64,000 nucleotides of DNA from Paraspadella gotoi (Eukaryota > Animalia > Chaetognatha): NCBI GenBank assembly GCA_051294375.1, contig CM119267.1, forward strand, positions 19,504,709 to 19,568,708, written 5' to 3'. The notes beneath the pieces were generated by a model that did not search any database, was not told the DNA's origin, and worked only from the letters and a program-made list of their open reading frames with translations. Below, one piece after another: positions 1-12,800 of the stretch (positions are counted from its first letter, which is position 1; each line of letters opens with the position of its first letter). A program made the translations under genes and the position numbers.

Positions 1-1093
1 ACCACAGAGTCTGATGACAGAGTGCGATGATAGAGCGAGACGACCCCCTGTTTGCGTGTTTTCTTTTATTCGTCCTTTTCGTCTTCGTCGTAAAACTGCG
101 TCTTCGTTATCGTCGTCGTCGTTATCGTCGTCGTTGGATCGAGCCGCGATTACTTTGCCTTTAACGACTCGAGCGCCCTTACTTTCTTCTCGCTTTCGAA
201 TCCCCCGGCCTTTTCGTCCTTACCTTTTTTCTCCCTTTTGGCCTCTCACCTCTTTTTTTCTCCTTCCTTTTCATCGTCTTTCATTTTCTTTTTTTTTTCT
301 CGGGTTTCCGATCTCCTTCTTTATTTACTTCGTTGAATCTCTGTTCATATTTTTCAATCCCCGTCCCGCTTGAATCTTTATCATGAGTTTTTTTTATCCT
401 CTAATTTTATTGTTTTTTTTATTTTATTCTCTTTACTCTCCTCACTATTTTTTACTATTTTCTCCTTTTCCTTTCCTTTTTTTCTTTCTTTCTTTCCTCT
501 CTCCTTCTTCTCTTCATTCTTATTTTCTATTTCTTCTCACTTTCTCGACTCCTTTTCTTTCTCTTCTCTCTCACTTACTGGCTATCTCTCCTCTCTTTTT
601 CTTCTCTCTTTCCTCTTTCTTCGTATCTTCTTTCTTATGGCCTATATCTCCTCTCTTTCTCATTTCTCTTTCCTCTCTCTTCTTCTCTTCTTGCCTATTT
701 CCTATCTCTCCTCTATTTCCCTTCTCTCTTTTCTCTCTCTTCTTCTCATCTTGCCTATTTCCTATCTCTCATCTCTTTCTTATTTCTTTTTCTTCTCTAT
801 TCTTCTCTTCTTTCCTATTTTCTATCTCTCCTCTCTTTCCGTTCTCTCTTTTCTCTCTCTTTTTCTCTTCTTGTCTATTTCCTATCTCCTCTCTTTCTTT
901 TCTCTCTTCCTCCATTCTCCTAATACATTCTCGCCATCATTTCTCTCTCTCCTTTGCTAATTTTTATCTTCATACCTTTCCTTTCTCCCTCTTCCTTTTT
1001 CCTATCTTCCTTCCTTCCTTCACTCCCTCTTCAGCTCATCATTTTGCATTCGAGTTTTTCTTTTTGCACACTTTCTGATTCTTTATTCATTTC

Positions 1094-1136
<43 letters not shown>

Positions 1137-1215
1137 TCTATCTCTCTCACTCTCTCCTCTCTTATCTCTCTCTCTCTCTCTCTCTGTCTCTTCTCTCACT
1201 CTCTCTATCTCTCTC
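1..1215 (+). repeat. Duplicate of about 4055-4930 (probable gap-fill or haplotype duplication)
   Basis: Base 1 (ACCACAGAGTCTGATGACAG...) aligns to 4055. Differences are mostly 1-bp indels, and a 25-N gap follows at 1216-1240. Confidence 0.85.
581..930 (+). repeat. About 60-bp pyrimidine-rich tandem repeat, roughly 6 units
   Basis: CTATCTCTCCTCTCTTTCC...TCTTCTCTTCTTGCCTATTT recurs in register every 60 nt. Confidence 0.75.
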
Positions 1216-4200
1216 NNNNNNNNNNNNNNNNNNNNNNNNNCAGAGAGAGATGTCGCCTCGAGGGAATGAGAAGACACTTGAACATGATAAAGGTATACAA
1301 TTCTCTTAACTGGAGACAATGCGATGTTGTATGATTTGTGTATAGCACTCCTACAAGTACGAAAACAACTAGGTTCAGTGACTTAATCATCGGTCTCGTC
1401 TCTTGTCGTCAACTCCCTCTTCCTCTTCTACTCTCTCATTCTTTATTTTCTTTTCTAAATCGTCTCTCTTTAGTTTGAAACTCTTCCCTCGGAGTCCCAT
1501 CGTTTGTTTTTGTTGTTTTTTTTTTTTTTTTTATCATTTCTTCTCAATTTCCCTACCCGTTTGCTCGATTCTCAATTAAACAAAACTTTTTTTTTTAAAT
1601 CTGTCATTCTAAATTTTTTAAAAGTCACTTCTCGGGAAACCTCTTTAACATTTGATTTCGCCCATGCACTCTGTTTTCCTTTTTTTAATATAGTATTTTA
1701 CAGAGTTTTTTTCCTTATTTCAATCTAGTACTTCCGACAGCCGACTTTTTTTTTCACAACCCCCTCGTCCAATCGTTCCCCCCCCCCCATTTCTCCAAGC
1801 CCCGTTCCCCCACCCTGAGCCCACCTCCGGTTGGCCTTTCTTTCAAGAAGGTCCGACCCAATGAATAATTGAGTGGCGGAGGATTTCCTTAGCTCGGTCT
1901 CCCTCGCCGTCGGCGCCGCGCCCATAGAAGTTCTAGGGTAGGGGAGTAGGGGTTTCTTGTGGGATTAAGGAAGGGGGAAAGGGGCAAGAGGGTTAAGGGG
2001 AGGCTGAGGATAGTCCGATGGTCCCCTAAACAGTATTACAAAGGGACTTCTAGGAAAACCCCAAAAATGAATAGAAGGAGAGAATGTCTTCGCAATGTCT
2101 TCAATGAGAAACAATGGGAGAAAAAGTTTTTTGTTTTTTTTTAATTTAAAATAAATTTTATTATTTTTTTTTAAAAATGTGAGACCAAAGGTAGAGTCCA
2201 CATTCCTTACCCCTGGAGCCGCCTTCTCGAGAAATGAAGAGAGCGAAATGAAAAGGTTCATCCTAAGAGAGGGCGCCTCCAACTCGGCCTTACCCAGGTC
2301 TCGGCGCCAAACGGGTAGGTTAAAGTAGGGGGGGGATAGGATGGGTGCAGAGGTGCTGAGGGGGTGAATGAGGGAAAGGGAATACCTTACCTAAAATGCA
2401 TATTAAATCAAGAAGAGGAGGAGAGGGAGAGGGGGTAAGAGTCGTCGGAGGAAGAATTGAAGTTTGAAGAAAGGTTTTGTATGTACTACATTTATAAATA
2501 AATATACATATATAAAAGGAAGTACGAATTATACTCCATAATTGAATAAATACTTTCGGCTCATAATTTGCTTAAACTGAAAAGTTAAACTAAACAAAAA
2601 ATAATGCCAAAATTAACTTTCGTTCATCGATAGGTTTTTTTGTTTTGTTTTTTGTTTTGATGCGACGAAAGAAAGAGAGATAGGGAGAAGAAAAAGAGAA
2701 AGGAGACGAGAGAAAGACAGAGACAGAAGAGATAAAAAAGAAAAAAATTCTCCTCCGTGATCATGTTTAATCAACGCGCTCCTTTAGCCTTCGAGCGATA
2801 ACCGCGGGGTTATTTTTCTGTTTTCTTTGATAAATAACCAAGGACGTCATTGTCATTTTGACAGAGGCCCCACTGGGTTTGTCTCGGTGTTAAGGCCGTA
2901 ATTTCTTCCTTTCTTTTTATCTCTCTCTCGTCTCTCTCTCTCCTCCTCTGCTTCGTCTCTCTCGTCTCTCTCTCTCTCTGACCTTTTCGCTCCCTCCTCG
3001 CGTCTCGTCTGCTCGTTTCCTCGCTTTTTTTTTTCTATTTTCTTTAATCTTCAATTTCGCTTCCGATTTTCCACGACCGAAAACTTTCCTCAACATCTTT
3101 TTTTTTCGGCTTCTTTCCTTATTTCCTTTGTTTTTCTCCTTTTCTTTCATTAATTCTTCCGTTTTGTTTTTTTATTTTTTTTTCATTCCCCTTTCCTTTT
3201 TTGTTTCTTCTTGTTTCTTCGTGTCTTACAGACTCTGTTCTAATTTTATTCCTTTCTATTTCCTTTCTTTTCCCCTTCTCTCTTTCCTTCTTCCACTCTT
3301 CAGTTTCACGTATCCTCCTTTCTCTTCTTTTCCTCTCTTCTTTCAATTCCTTTCCTTTCCTCATCGCCTTCTTTTCTTTCCTCCCTTTTTTTATTTCAAC
3401 CTTCCCAATCTGTTTGTATTTCCCCTTCCCATCCCCCCTCCAAACCTCCCCCTCCCCCCCGCCCCCTTTACTCGATCCAACTTCTCTCCAGTCGTGATTT
3501 TCGGCGCAGAAACGGTTCGACCGCCCACCTCGTCTCCAGACTCGATCCTTGCTTTTTCATTTGATGTCTTTTAGCCTCGACAAAGTTTGTTTTTAGTTTG
3601 GAATTCGTTGTTTACATTCGGTTCCTTAGGATTTTGCCTTTTCTTTAGAGACGCTTCTTTTAATCTTTTGTTTTTGATCTAAATGTCGAATCTGATTTGC
3701 ATCTTAGACATTTTTGGGGTTTTTTTTTAGCAAACAATTTGCGTTTTTCTTTTAATTTATTTTTTTATTTTTTTTTTATCCTTTCATTCTTTTTCTTGTC
3801 AGTCTTAATTTTTTCAGTTCATGTATCCTTTTCCACTGACCCGTGTAACCCCCTTTTTTTTCTTTAATATTTTCTCTCGTCGGTTTTCTTTGTAAAGTCA
3901 AAATACAAAGTCATCCTTCTTCCTCGACGTTCTATTGGCGACGGAGAAACATGTGAGACTGCGAGTGGATCCTATTTCATCCCAAGCCTCTTGCGCGCCC
4001 TTGCAGCTTTTGTTGCAACGAAAGAAGCAAGTAATCGATGCGCCGATCTGTCAAACCACAGAGTCTGATGACAGAGTGCGATGATAGAGCGAGACGACCC
4101 CCTGTTTGCGTGTTTTCTTTTTTATTCGTCCTTTTCGTCTTCGTCGTAAAACTGCGTCTTCGTTATCGTCGTCGTCGTTATCGTCGTCGTTGGATCGAGC

Positions 4201-5774
4201 CGCGATTACTTTGCGCTTTAACGACTCGAGCGCCCTTACTTTCTTCTCGCTTTCGAATCCCCGGCCTTTTTCGTCCTTACTTTTTTTCTCCTTTTGCCTC
4301 TCACCTCTTTTTTTCTCCTTCCTTTTCATCGTCTTTCATTTTCTTTTTTTCTCGGGTTTTCGATCTCTTCTTTATTTACTTCGTTGAATCTCTGTTCAAT
4401 ATTTTTCAATCCCGTCCGCTTGAAATCTTTATCATGAGTTTTTTTTATCCTCTAATTTTATTTTTTTTTTTTTATTTTATTCTCTTTACTCTCCTCACTA
4501 TTTTTTACTATTTTCTCCTTTTCCTTTCTTTTTTCTTTCTTTCTTTCTCTCTCCTTCTTCTCTTCATTCTTATTTTTTATTTCTTCTCACTTTCTCGGAC
4601 TCCTTTTCTTTCTCTTCCTCTCTCGCTTACTTCTCTTTCCTTCTTACTCGTTGTCCTCGTCTTTATTTCTCTTGTTGCCTATTTCCTATCTCCTCCTCTT
4701 CCTTTTTCTCTCTCCCCCTTCTTATTCCTCGTCTAAACATTTCTTCATGCCTTCTTCTTGTCTCTGCTCGTCTCTTTGCTAATTTTTATCTTCATACCTT
4801 TCCTTTCTCCTCTTCCTTTTTCCTATCTTCCTTCTTTCTTCCTTCATCCGTTCCTTCAGCTCATCAGGTTTGCATTCGAGTTTCTTTTTGCTACACTTTC
4901 TGATCGTCTTTATTCATTTCCGCTCTCTCCTCTCTTCTTCTTCTTCTCTCTCTACTCTCTCGTCCTCTCGTCCTCTTCTGCTCTCTAACGATCTCTCTCT
5001 CTAAGCTCTTCTACTCTTCATCTCTCCTCTCTCTCTCGTCTCTCTCTGATCTGCTGCTCTCTCTCTCACTCTCTCTCTATCTCTCTCTCATCTCTCATCC
5101 TCTCTCGCTTATCTTCCTCTCTCTGTCCTCGTGTCTCTTCCACTCTCTTCCTCTCGTTCTCTCTCTGTCTGTCCTGCTCTCTCTCTGTCTCTCCCCTCGT
5201 TCTCTCTCTCTCTACTGCTCTCGGTCTCTTCATCTCTGCCTTTATCTTATCTGTCTCCCCCTCTCTCACTTAGATCTAGTCTCTCGTATCTCTCTTGCTC
5301 ATCTCTTGTGCTTGTCCTCTCTCTCTCTGTCTCACGTCTCTCTCCGTCGTCTCTATGCTCTCTCTTCTCTCTTCTCTTTTCTACTCTTCTTTTCTCTCTC
5401 TCTATCGTCTCTCTTCGGAATGTCTTCTCTCTTTCTTCAGTTGCGTCCTCTCTCGTATTCTTGCTTCTCGTCTATCCTCTCTCTCTCTATCTCTCTCTCT
5501 CTCTTTAGCTTTTCTTATCTGGCGCACTTTTTATGAAGAACCACAATCTCTCAGATAATGTTTTTCTCTCTCTCTCTCTGTTTTTTTATTTTCTTTTATT
5601 TCTTCGTCTTTGTCTTACAAACTTGACAATCTACTTCTAAGACGCCAACGCTGGGACCAGATCAGGACTCCTCTTCTTATTTTCTTTGTTTGCTTTTTTT
5701 TTTCTTTGGCTTTCTGGCACTCTTTTCCCATAGAGCCCCTTTTCTTTTCCTTTATCCCGGAATTTAATTTTAAA

Positions 5775-5955
5775 CTTAATATTTAACCTAAACATATTTT
5801 TAAACTGGTAACTTAATCCTTAGCTCTCATCCGTTATCCTAGTCCTGAACCCTCGCCTAATCCTAACCCTATCTCCTAACCTTAAAGCCTAATCTCTAAC
5901 CCTTAAAACCTAATCCCTAACCTTTAATCTTTAACTTAAAAAAATTAACCTAATT
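5775..5955 (+). repeat. Degenerate (CCCTAA/CCTAA)-like telomere-type simple repeat
   Basis: Runs of CCTAATCCTAACCCTA..CCTAACC..CCCTAACC. Confidence 0.5.
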
Positions 5956-6311
5956 CCGAATTTAAGATAAAATGGAGCGTTCTGGGAATATGAGGCCGGC
6001 TTTTCTTTCTCTCACTTTCTCTACTTGACTACTCAGTATTATTAGTAACTTAACAAAAAGCCTTTTTTCCCTTGTTTTTAACTCTCTTAGTTTCCCCCCT
6101 TTTTGTTTCCTTTCATCATTATTATCGTATTTGTAACAGAAAAACTTTCTCTTTTTTTTCCTTTATTTCATTTCTCCATTCTCTTTTATGGCGAGCCGTT
6201 ATGATAGCATTATCGCGAAAAAATAATAATTTTTTTTCTAAGGTACTTTTATTCACCTCCGCGCGACTATTTTCTTCTTTCTTTCTCTCCGGATCTCTTT
6301 TTTTCTTGTTT

Positions 6312-6351
<40 letters not shown>

Positions 6352-6721
6352 GTCTATCCACGTCGTGCGATCTTTCAAATTCATCCTTCAGACCCCACGT
6401 CTCCCCTACCGCAAGACTCGGCCGCCGATCCATTCCTGGCTCCTTTGCCGAGACTCCTTCCAGTTTGTTTTACATTCCATTAGTCTGTGTCATCAAAGTC
6501 GGCTTTTTTTTTTCGACGCGGCGCCGCCAGATGTCGCCGCCGAGCGATGCATGATGTGTCCATTTTTTCCGTTACCCGCGTTTTCTTTTTTTATTTTTTT
6601 TTTTTCGCTCTCAGGCTAAAGTCGTGCGTCTATGAATGATTATCCCTTTCGGTTCTTTCCCAGTCATCTCTCTCTTCTCTTCTTCTGACGATCTCANNNN
6701 NNNNNNNNNNNNNNNNNNNNN

Positions 6722-6755
<34 letters not shown>

Positions 6756-7733
6756 GCCAATTGTTTCACTTTCTCTCCCCAAATTCTCCATGCGTTCTCT
6801 TTCGTTTTTTTCCCTCGTAAATAATAAAATAGAATCAAATCATTTTCTTTCTTTCAGCTTTGAAGTTTTTTAAAATTTTTTCGACGTATCGTTCGATCTA
6901 TAAGATCGATTGTTTCGTCTGATTGGTTCGTTACTTTACAATAAAATGTAGTTTACAAACGATCCAAGTTTTCTTTCCTAAGCAATTACGTCAGGTATTC
7001 CACACTTAATTCATTCTTTGTTCTTCTCAACCCGTCACATCCCGTCCTCCTCCTCCTCCTCCTCCACCCCCACTCCACCTACCACCTTTCCACCCTCCAC
7101 CTTGATCCCTGATTAATTCCTTTCCAACTCTTTCACATCGAATGACTCGCAGGGCCCACCAGACATAACAATCTACGGCTTTAACCATTAACCAGGTATT
7201 AACTGTTGATCACCAGCTGATCACCGCCTTATCACATTGAAAATTTTACCCAGATCACCTATAACATTTTCTCCTATTTAAACCCGATTAGTGATTACCT
7301 CAGATACATCATTATTACTATTAGTATAATATTACTCAAAATCAAATTAAAATTCATTACTTGACCTATCAAAATCCTTTTTTCCCCCAATCGCCGATCA
7401 AAACCATACCCTAGACCACCCCCGAATCACTTTCAAAATCTTCNNNNNNNNNNNNNNNNNNNNNNNNNNNNNNNNNNNNNNNNNNNNNNNNNNNNNNNNN
7501 NNNNNNNNNNNNNNNNNNNNNNNNNNNNNNNNNNNNNNNNNNNNNNNNNNNNNNNNNNNNNNNNNNNNNNNNNNNNNNNNNNNNNNNNNNNNNNNNNNNN
7601 NNNNNNNNNNNNNNNNNNNNNNNNNNNNNNNNNNNNNNNNNNNNNNNNNNNNNNNNNNNNNNNNNNNNNNNNNNNNNNNNNNNNNNNNNNNNNNNNNNNN
7701 NNNNNNNNNNNNNNNNNNNNNNNNNNNNNNNNN

Positions 7734-7768
<35 letters not shown>

Positions 7769-8407
7769 GTCTCGCTCTTTTATTTCTCTCGGTTTCTATC
7801 CTTGTTGATTTTGGTTTACTGAAGACTCATTGTTTTGGTCTCAATTCAAGCTTGCTCTATCCTAATCATTTTCGTTTCTCTTCATTAGGTTTTCTTCACT
7901 TTGCCTTTTGCCTTTTATCTTTCCTCTTTTTTTATTTCTCTTCATCTCTTATACATATGAACTGGTTTATCTTTTCCTCTCTCTTTTTCTTCTTTTCTTC
8001 CTTTCTTCTTTTCTTCTCTCCATCTTTCGATCTAAACTTTTCTTTCTTTCTTTTCTTCTCTCTTCTATTTCCTTCCTTCCTTTCCTTCTTTCCTCCCTTT
8101 TCTCTCTCTATCCCATTTATATCTCCCTCTTTCCAGTAACCCTCACTCGAGAAACTGTCCTTCTCGACCGAGAAAATCACGCGGCGTCGACGTGAGAGAC
8201 TTACCCACGACCCTTCTACCTCACCCGGCTTTTCTTCCTAACCCTTACCCCCCCTCTCCCTACTTCGGACTTGATCCCACCTCCCACCTCCCTGGTCCCC
8301 CGGGGTGCTCTGGCCGTTGGCCTCGCCATTCAAATCAAAGCGATTGCCTCAGCTAACCTCCGCCTTCGCTTCTGCGAACGAGAGAGAGAGAGAGAAAGAG
8401 AAAGAGA

Positions 8408-8438
<31 letters not shown>

Positions 8439-9370
8439 TACAAACGAACCCGAAAAAAAAGAACCGGACGGACAGATAGTTTTTTTTTTTCGTTTATTGA
8501 GACATCCCGAAAAGTGCAAGAAAAAAAAAATATCCTGGTTCCGTCTGTCTTCCTATGAATGTAGAGAGCGTACAAAAAGCGTTTTAAACTTAATATTCAT
8601 TTTAAACTTTAAAGTCTAAATTTCAAAGTTTAAACATTTTAACTTTTTAATCTGTAGTAACTTTTTTAATATAAATGAAAAGAAGGAGAAAAATGAAACG
8701 GGGCTTTTAAGTCTTTTCCCTGGATGATCGATGACGGTGAATAATCCTCGGAGTCGCGTTGTTGTCGAGAATTGTGAGGGGGAAAAAAAAGACGGTGAGT
8801 AAAATGAGAGTTTTTCATTCACGGGTCACGAACAAAGATATTCAATGGCCAATTGTTTTTTTTTACAGTAGCGACGCCGACGATTCCAAATCCTTCTCAG
8901 GCTCGCCTTCTTATCTTTTCTTAGTATTTAATTGAATATAAACGACCCAGAGAGGCCTCCACGTCATTTACCCCGCGTTGAGTTTCTTCAAATTTTGTTA
9001 AAATCACATAAGAAAATTATACAATGTAGTCTTTCGTCACCCGTTGGTATATATTTCAGTGTGTCTGTGTTGGCATTTAATTTCCTAAGAATATTGTGTG
9101 AAAGATGTAACCTTATGAGGACGTTCGGGTCACTTTTCGATCGCCCAGTATTTTTCGCGGTCATTTTTAACCGCTCTCTTAATAACTGATTTTCGTGAGA
9201 GATTTCGTGAACTATTTAGTTTTCTCCTGATAACTCATCGAAGAAAGTTCTTTTAAGTTGAAACAAAATACGATAATAAATTAGTAAACAAGTTTTAATA
9301 CTGAGACTTACCACCGCCGCTTCAGCTACATAAACAGAAAGTTAAAAGCAAAGTTTTCGAACGATCTATA

Positions 9371-9420
9371 ATTGGCCTTCTGATTGGCTGCTTAATAAAT
9401 CAGATCGAGAAGATCATTGG
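9371..9420 (+). promoter_or_regulatory. Cluster of inverted CCAAT (NF-Y) boxes upstream of the HMIT gene
   Basis: ATTGG occurs three times, including CTGATTGGCT, about 430-480 bp upstream of the ATG. A possible 5'UTR donor AAG|GTAAAC lies at about 9640. Confidence 0.4.
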
Positions 9421-9850
9421 ACGAATCCTGAATTGAGCCACGTCCTTCCAGTCGTGTTCAAAACAGGTTCCTCAAAATTGTCCCTCGATTTGCCAGTTAA
9501 TCAAGTGGTCCTAATTTTGTGTCTTCTTGTTACGAATAAATCACAGGGACTATCGGGTAATTTCTCGCGATTTTTGAAAAATTTACTCCAGTAATTTTTC
9601 GTCAATTCTATTTCAACACAAAAAAAATTATAATGTGAAGGTAAACAGTTCAAAAGATTTGTCTTAATTTTTTAGATTTTTTTTTAGTAAGTTTACATCC
9701 ACAATTCTGAGACATTGTTTATTTTGGTTCCAGATGGGCACCGAATCTCAAAAGGAGAAATTAAAAAATAAAAAACAAATAAACGACTGACTTTTTCGTC
9801 TAATTTATTGAATAAAGTGGAAAAACTAGATCTGAACCCAAAAAAAAAAA

Positions 9851-12800
9851 ATGGCAGACGAATCTCACAACTCGACACCTTTGGAGGAAATGACCACAAA
9901 CCACCTCAACGACGACGACCCTTTGAGAGACGACGACGACATCTCAACTCCCTCCAACGGCGCCGAAGAATCTCCGCTGCTTCCGCCGCCGACGCTAGCG
10001 ACATCTCCGCCCACGAAAGAAACAAAGAAAAGATGGAAGTTGAGAGGAAAGAATTTCGCGTATCTCGTTTCTATTTTCGCTTGTATCGGCGGATTTCTCT
10101 TCGGCTACGACACAGGGGTTGTGTCCGGGGCGATGCTGCCGCTGAGAAGAGAGTTCGAACTGACGACCGTGTGGGTGGAAGGTGAGAAGAGTGGCGGCGT
10201 GTTGGAAAGCAGGTATGGTGTAACGTGGGGCGCGGAATTTGAGCAGATATGTTATCTTCACGTTCGAAGTGTGGGAAAAGAAGATGGGTTAGAGATGTCT
10301 TGACATAGTTGCTGGGCTCAGGGGCTGCATTTACTGCTATAACACACGATTCTTAAACCCTTCCCATACTATTACTATTACTATAATACAATAGACCATT
10401 TAGAGAAATTGGTTTTCTTATAATTTTCACTATCAGGTCTCGTTAGCGCTACGATCGCCGCCGCCGCCGTCAGCGCCCCGCTCGGCGGCGTCCTCGCCGA
10501 TATCTTTGGCCGCCGCTCCGTCATCCTCGTGTCCAGCCTCGTCTTCGCCGCCGGCGCCGTTCTCGTTGGCGCCGCGGGCGACAAGATCATTCTCCTCGGG
10601 GGAAGAATCGTTCTCGGCGTCGGAATAGGACTGACGTCGACTGTGACGCCGATTTATTTGGCGGAAGTTGCGCCGGCGAAAGTAAGGAGGAAGTGGAGAC
10701 TCTCCGCCGGAGAGGTTAAAAAGAATGTCGATATTATGGCAACGGGAGGAATGCCCGTGATAGCTGGGGCGCGGGGTATCTTACCAACTGGCGTAGGTTC
10801 TGCAGACCCTCAGTGACCGCCTCTTGTCACTGGCATGTTTAGACCGGCTCCTTAACATTTAAGCCAGAACCGGGATACCCAGGGATTGAATCCGGGACGC
10901 ACGGTTGTAACGTGATGATATAGCCTGCTCACTGCTCAGCCATTGAGAAGAGGCTGAGGACGGACAGCAGTGAGGCAGCTCTAATTCTTGCTGCCACAAT
11001 ATAATCTTTTATTGACCGATCGATCGAATCAAATGGGTTGTATAATGTATATCCTTTCTGCAAGTCGATAGTTGGTCGTTGAAATGACGAACTACCCCTT
11101 TCCTCTCATCTCCATTTTCCTGCCTTCCTTTCTTACTTCCATTCCTCCTTACCGTTATTAACAACAATCCTTACCATTCTCCTTTTCGATACGCTCTTCC
11201 ACGCTTACTCACTTACTGTCTTTCCTCTCATTCCTCTCGTTCCTAATATTTTTTTTTTAATTTCCTCCCCGTCATGCCCTTTTATTTTACTTTTTTGTTC
11301 TTTTCTTTCTTTTCCTCCTTTCCTCCCTTTTTTTTCTAAATTTCCTTCCTTGCCTTATTTCCTCCTTTTTTTCCCATTTCTTTAACGTATTCTTTTTTTC
11401 CCCTTTTTCCTCTACTTTCTTTCCTTTACTCCTTACTTTTTTCCTACCTTCCTTACCTTTTCTTCTAACCTCCCTTTCCTCCCATCTTCCTTCCTCCAAT
11501 AAGATCCGCGGTCGCTTCGTCACCCTCTTCCAAATCCTCATCACCTTCGGCATTCTCGTCGCCTCCCTCGTCGACACCGTCTTCATCCGCGTCCCCGCCG
11601 GGTGGCGCTTAATGATGGGCGTGGCAGCGATTCCAGCGCTCGTTCAGTTCGTTGCCTTTTTGTTTTTACCGGAGACGCCGCGATGGCTCGTGCTGCACGG
11701 TAGGCGGCTAAGAATTCAGTCAGGGGGGCGGGATAAGATTATCAGGTGTTTTTTTTTTAAATTATGAAAATTATTTTTTAATTCTATTTTGGTAAATTTA
11801 ACTAAATATATTTACTTATTTAATTATAATAATAATAAGTATCTATGAATTATCATTTTTTTAAATTATTTCATCCAGGTCGCGAACCGGAAGCGCGTTC
11901 GGTTCTCAACAAAATTCGCGACGACGACGTCGATCTAGAGTTGAATTCGATCGTCGACGACAACAGAGAAGCAGCAGCCGGAAATATCAATGGATGGCGT
12001 CTGCTATTAAAGGTGGCCTGCTTGCTATATTGCTTGCTTTATAATTATTCTTCCTTTCTTTGGCTCTTTCTATTTTTTTCAACATTTTTTTAACTACGAG
12101 CACCTTTCTTTAGATGTGGCGCCACAAATCAGTTCGGCGAGCTCTGATTATCGGCTGCGGACTCGAAATGTTCCAACAAATTTGCGGCATTAATACTGTC
12201 ATCTATTACTCAGGTACTTTCTTTTAATGTATTATAATTTCGTACTCGTGTCCACTGCCCATGACTTAGCAGTTAGCTTCGCAAGCGAGCAATACAGCTA
12301 CAGTACAGCAAATACTTCTGTTGTTTTTAATATATTTTGTTCCAGCTACCATAATCCGTATGTCCGGAGTTACCACCGACTCTGCAGCCGTTTGGTGGGC
12401 AACTCTCACGACGTTCATCAACTTTGTATTTACTTTCGTTGGTCTTGCGTTAGTTGATCGAATCGGCAGAAGAAATCTGGTTCTAGTTTCTGTCGCTGGT
12501 AACAAAAAGAAAATGTTAATTTTACTTAAACATGACAATTTTCAATCGAATAATCTTTTTTTTAGGCGTGACCGCTAGCCTGGTCCTCCTCGCCACGGGT
12601 TTTTACCTTTCAGACTCAAGTTCACCTGCGATCACTTCACGCGTGAATCTCCCTCAGACGCCAGGCGCTCAGGCTTGCGTTGCCGCCGCGACCTGCAATG
12701 ACTGCGTCAATTCTGAAAAATGTGGCTTTTGTTACGAGAATAATGGCGACAGAATCGGTGAGTTACGAAGACAGAAAATCAAGTATCAAAGAAAAACGTG

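Noticed and set aside
14-8619. Many long F/L/S-rich or E/R/K-rich ORFs (also 21-25 kb, 39-50 kb and 55896-57080)
   Set aside because: They are translations of CT/GA microsatellite and poly-T DNA that lacks stop codons by composition; no domain signal.
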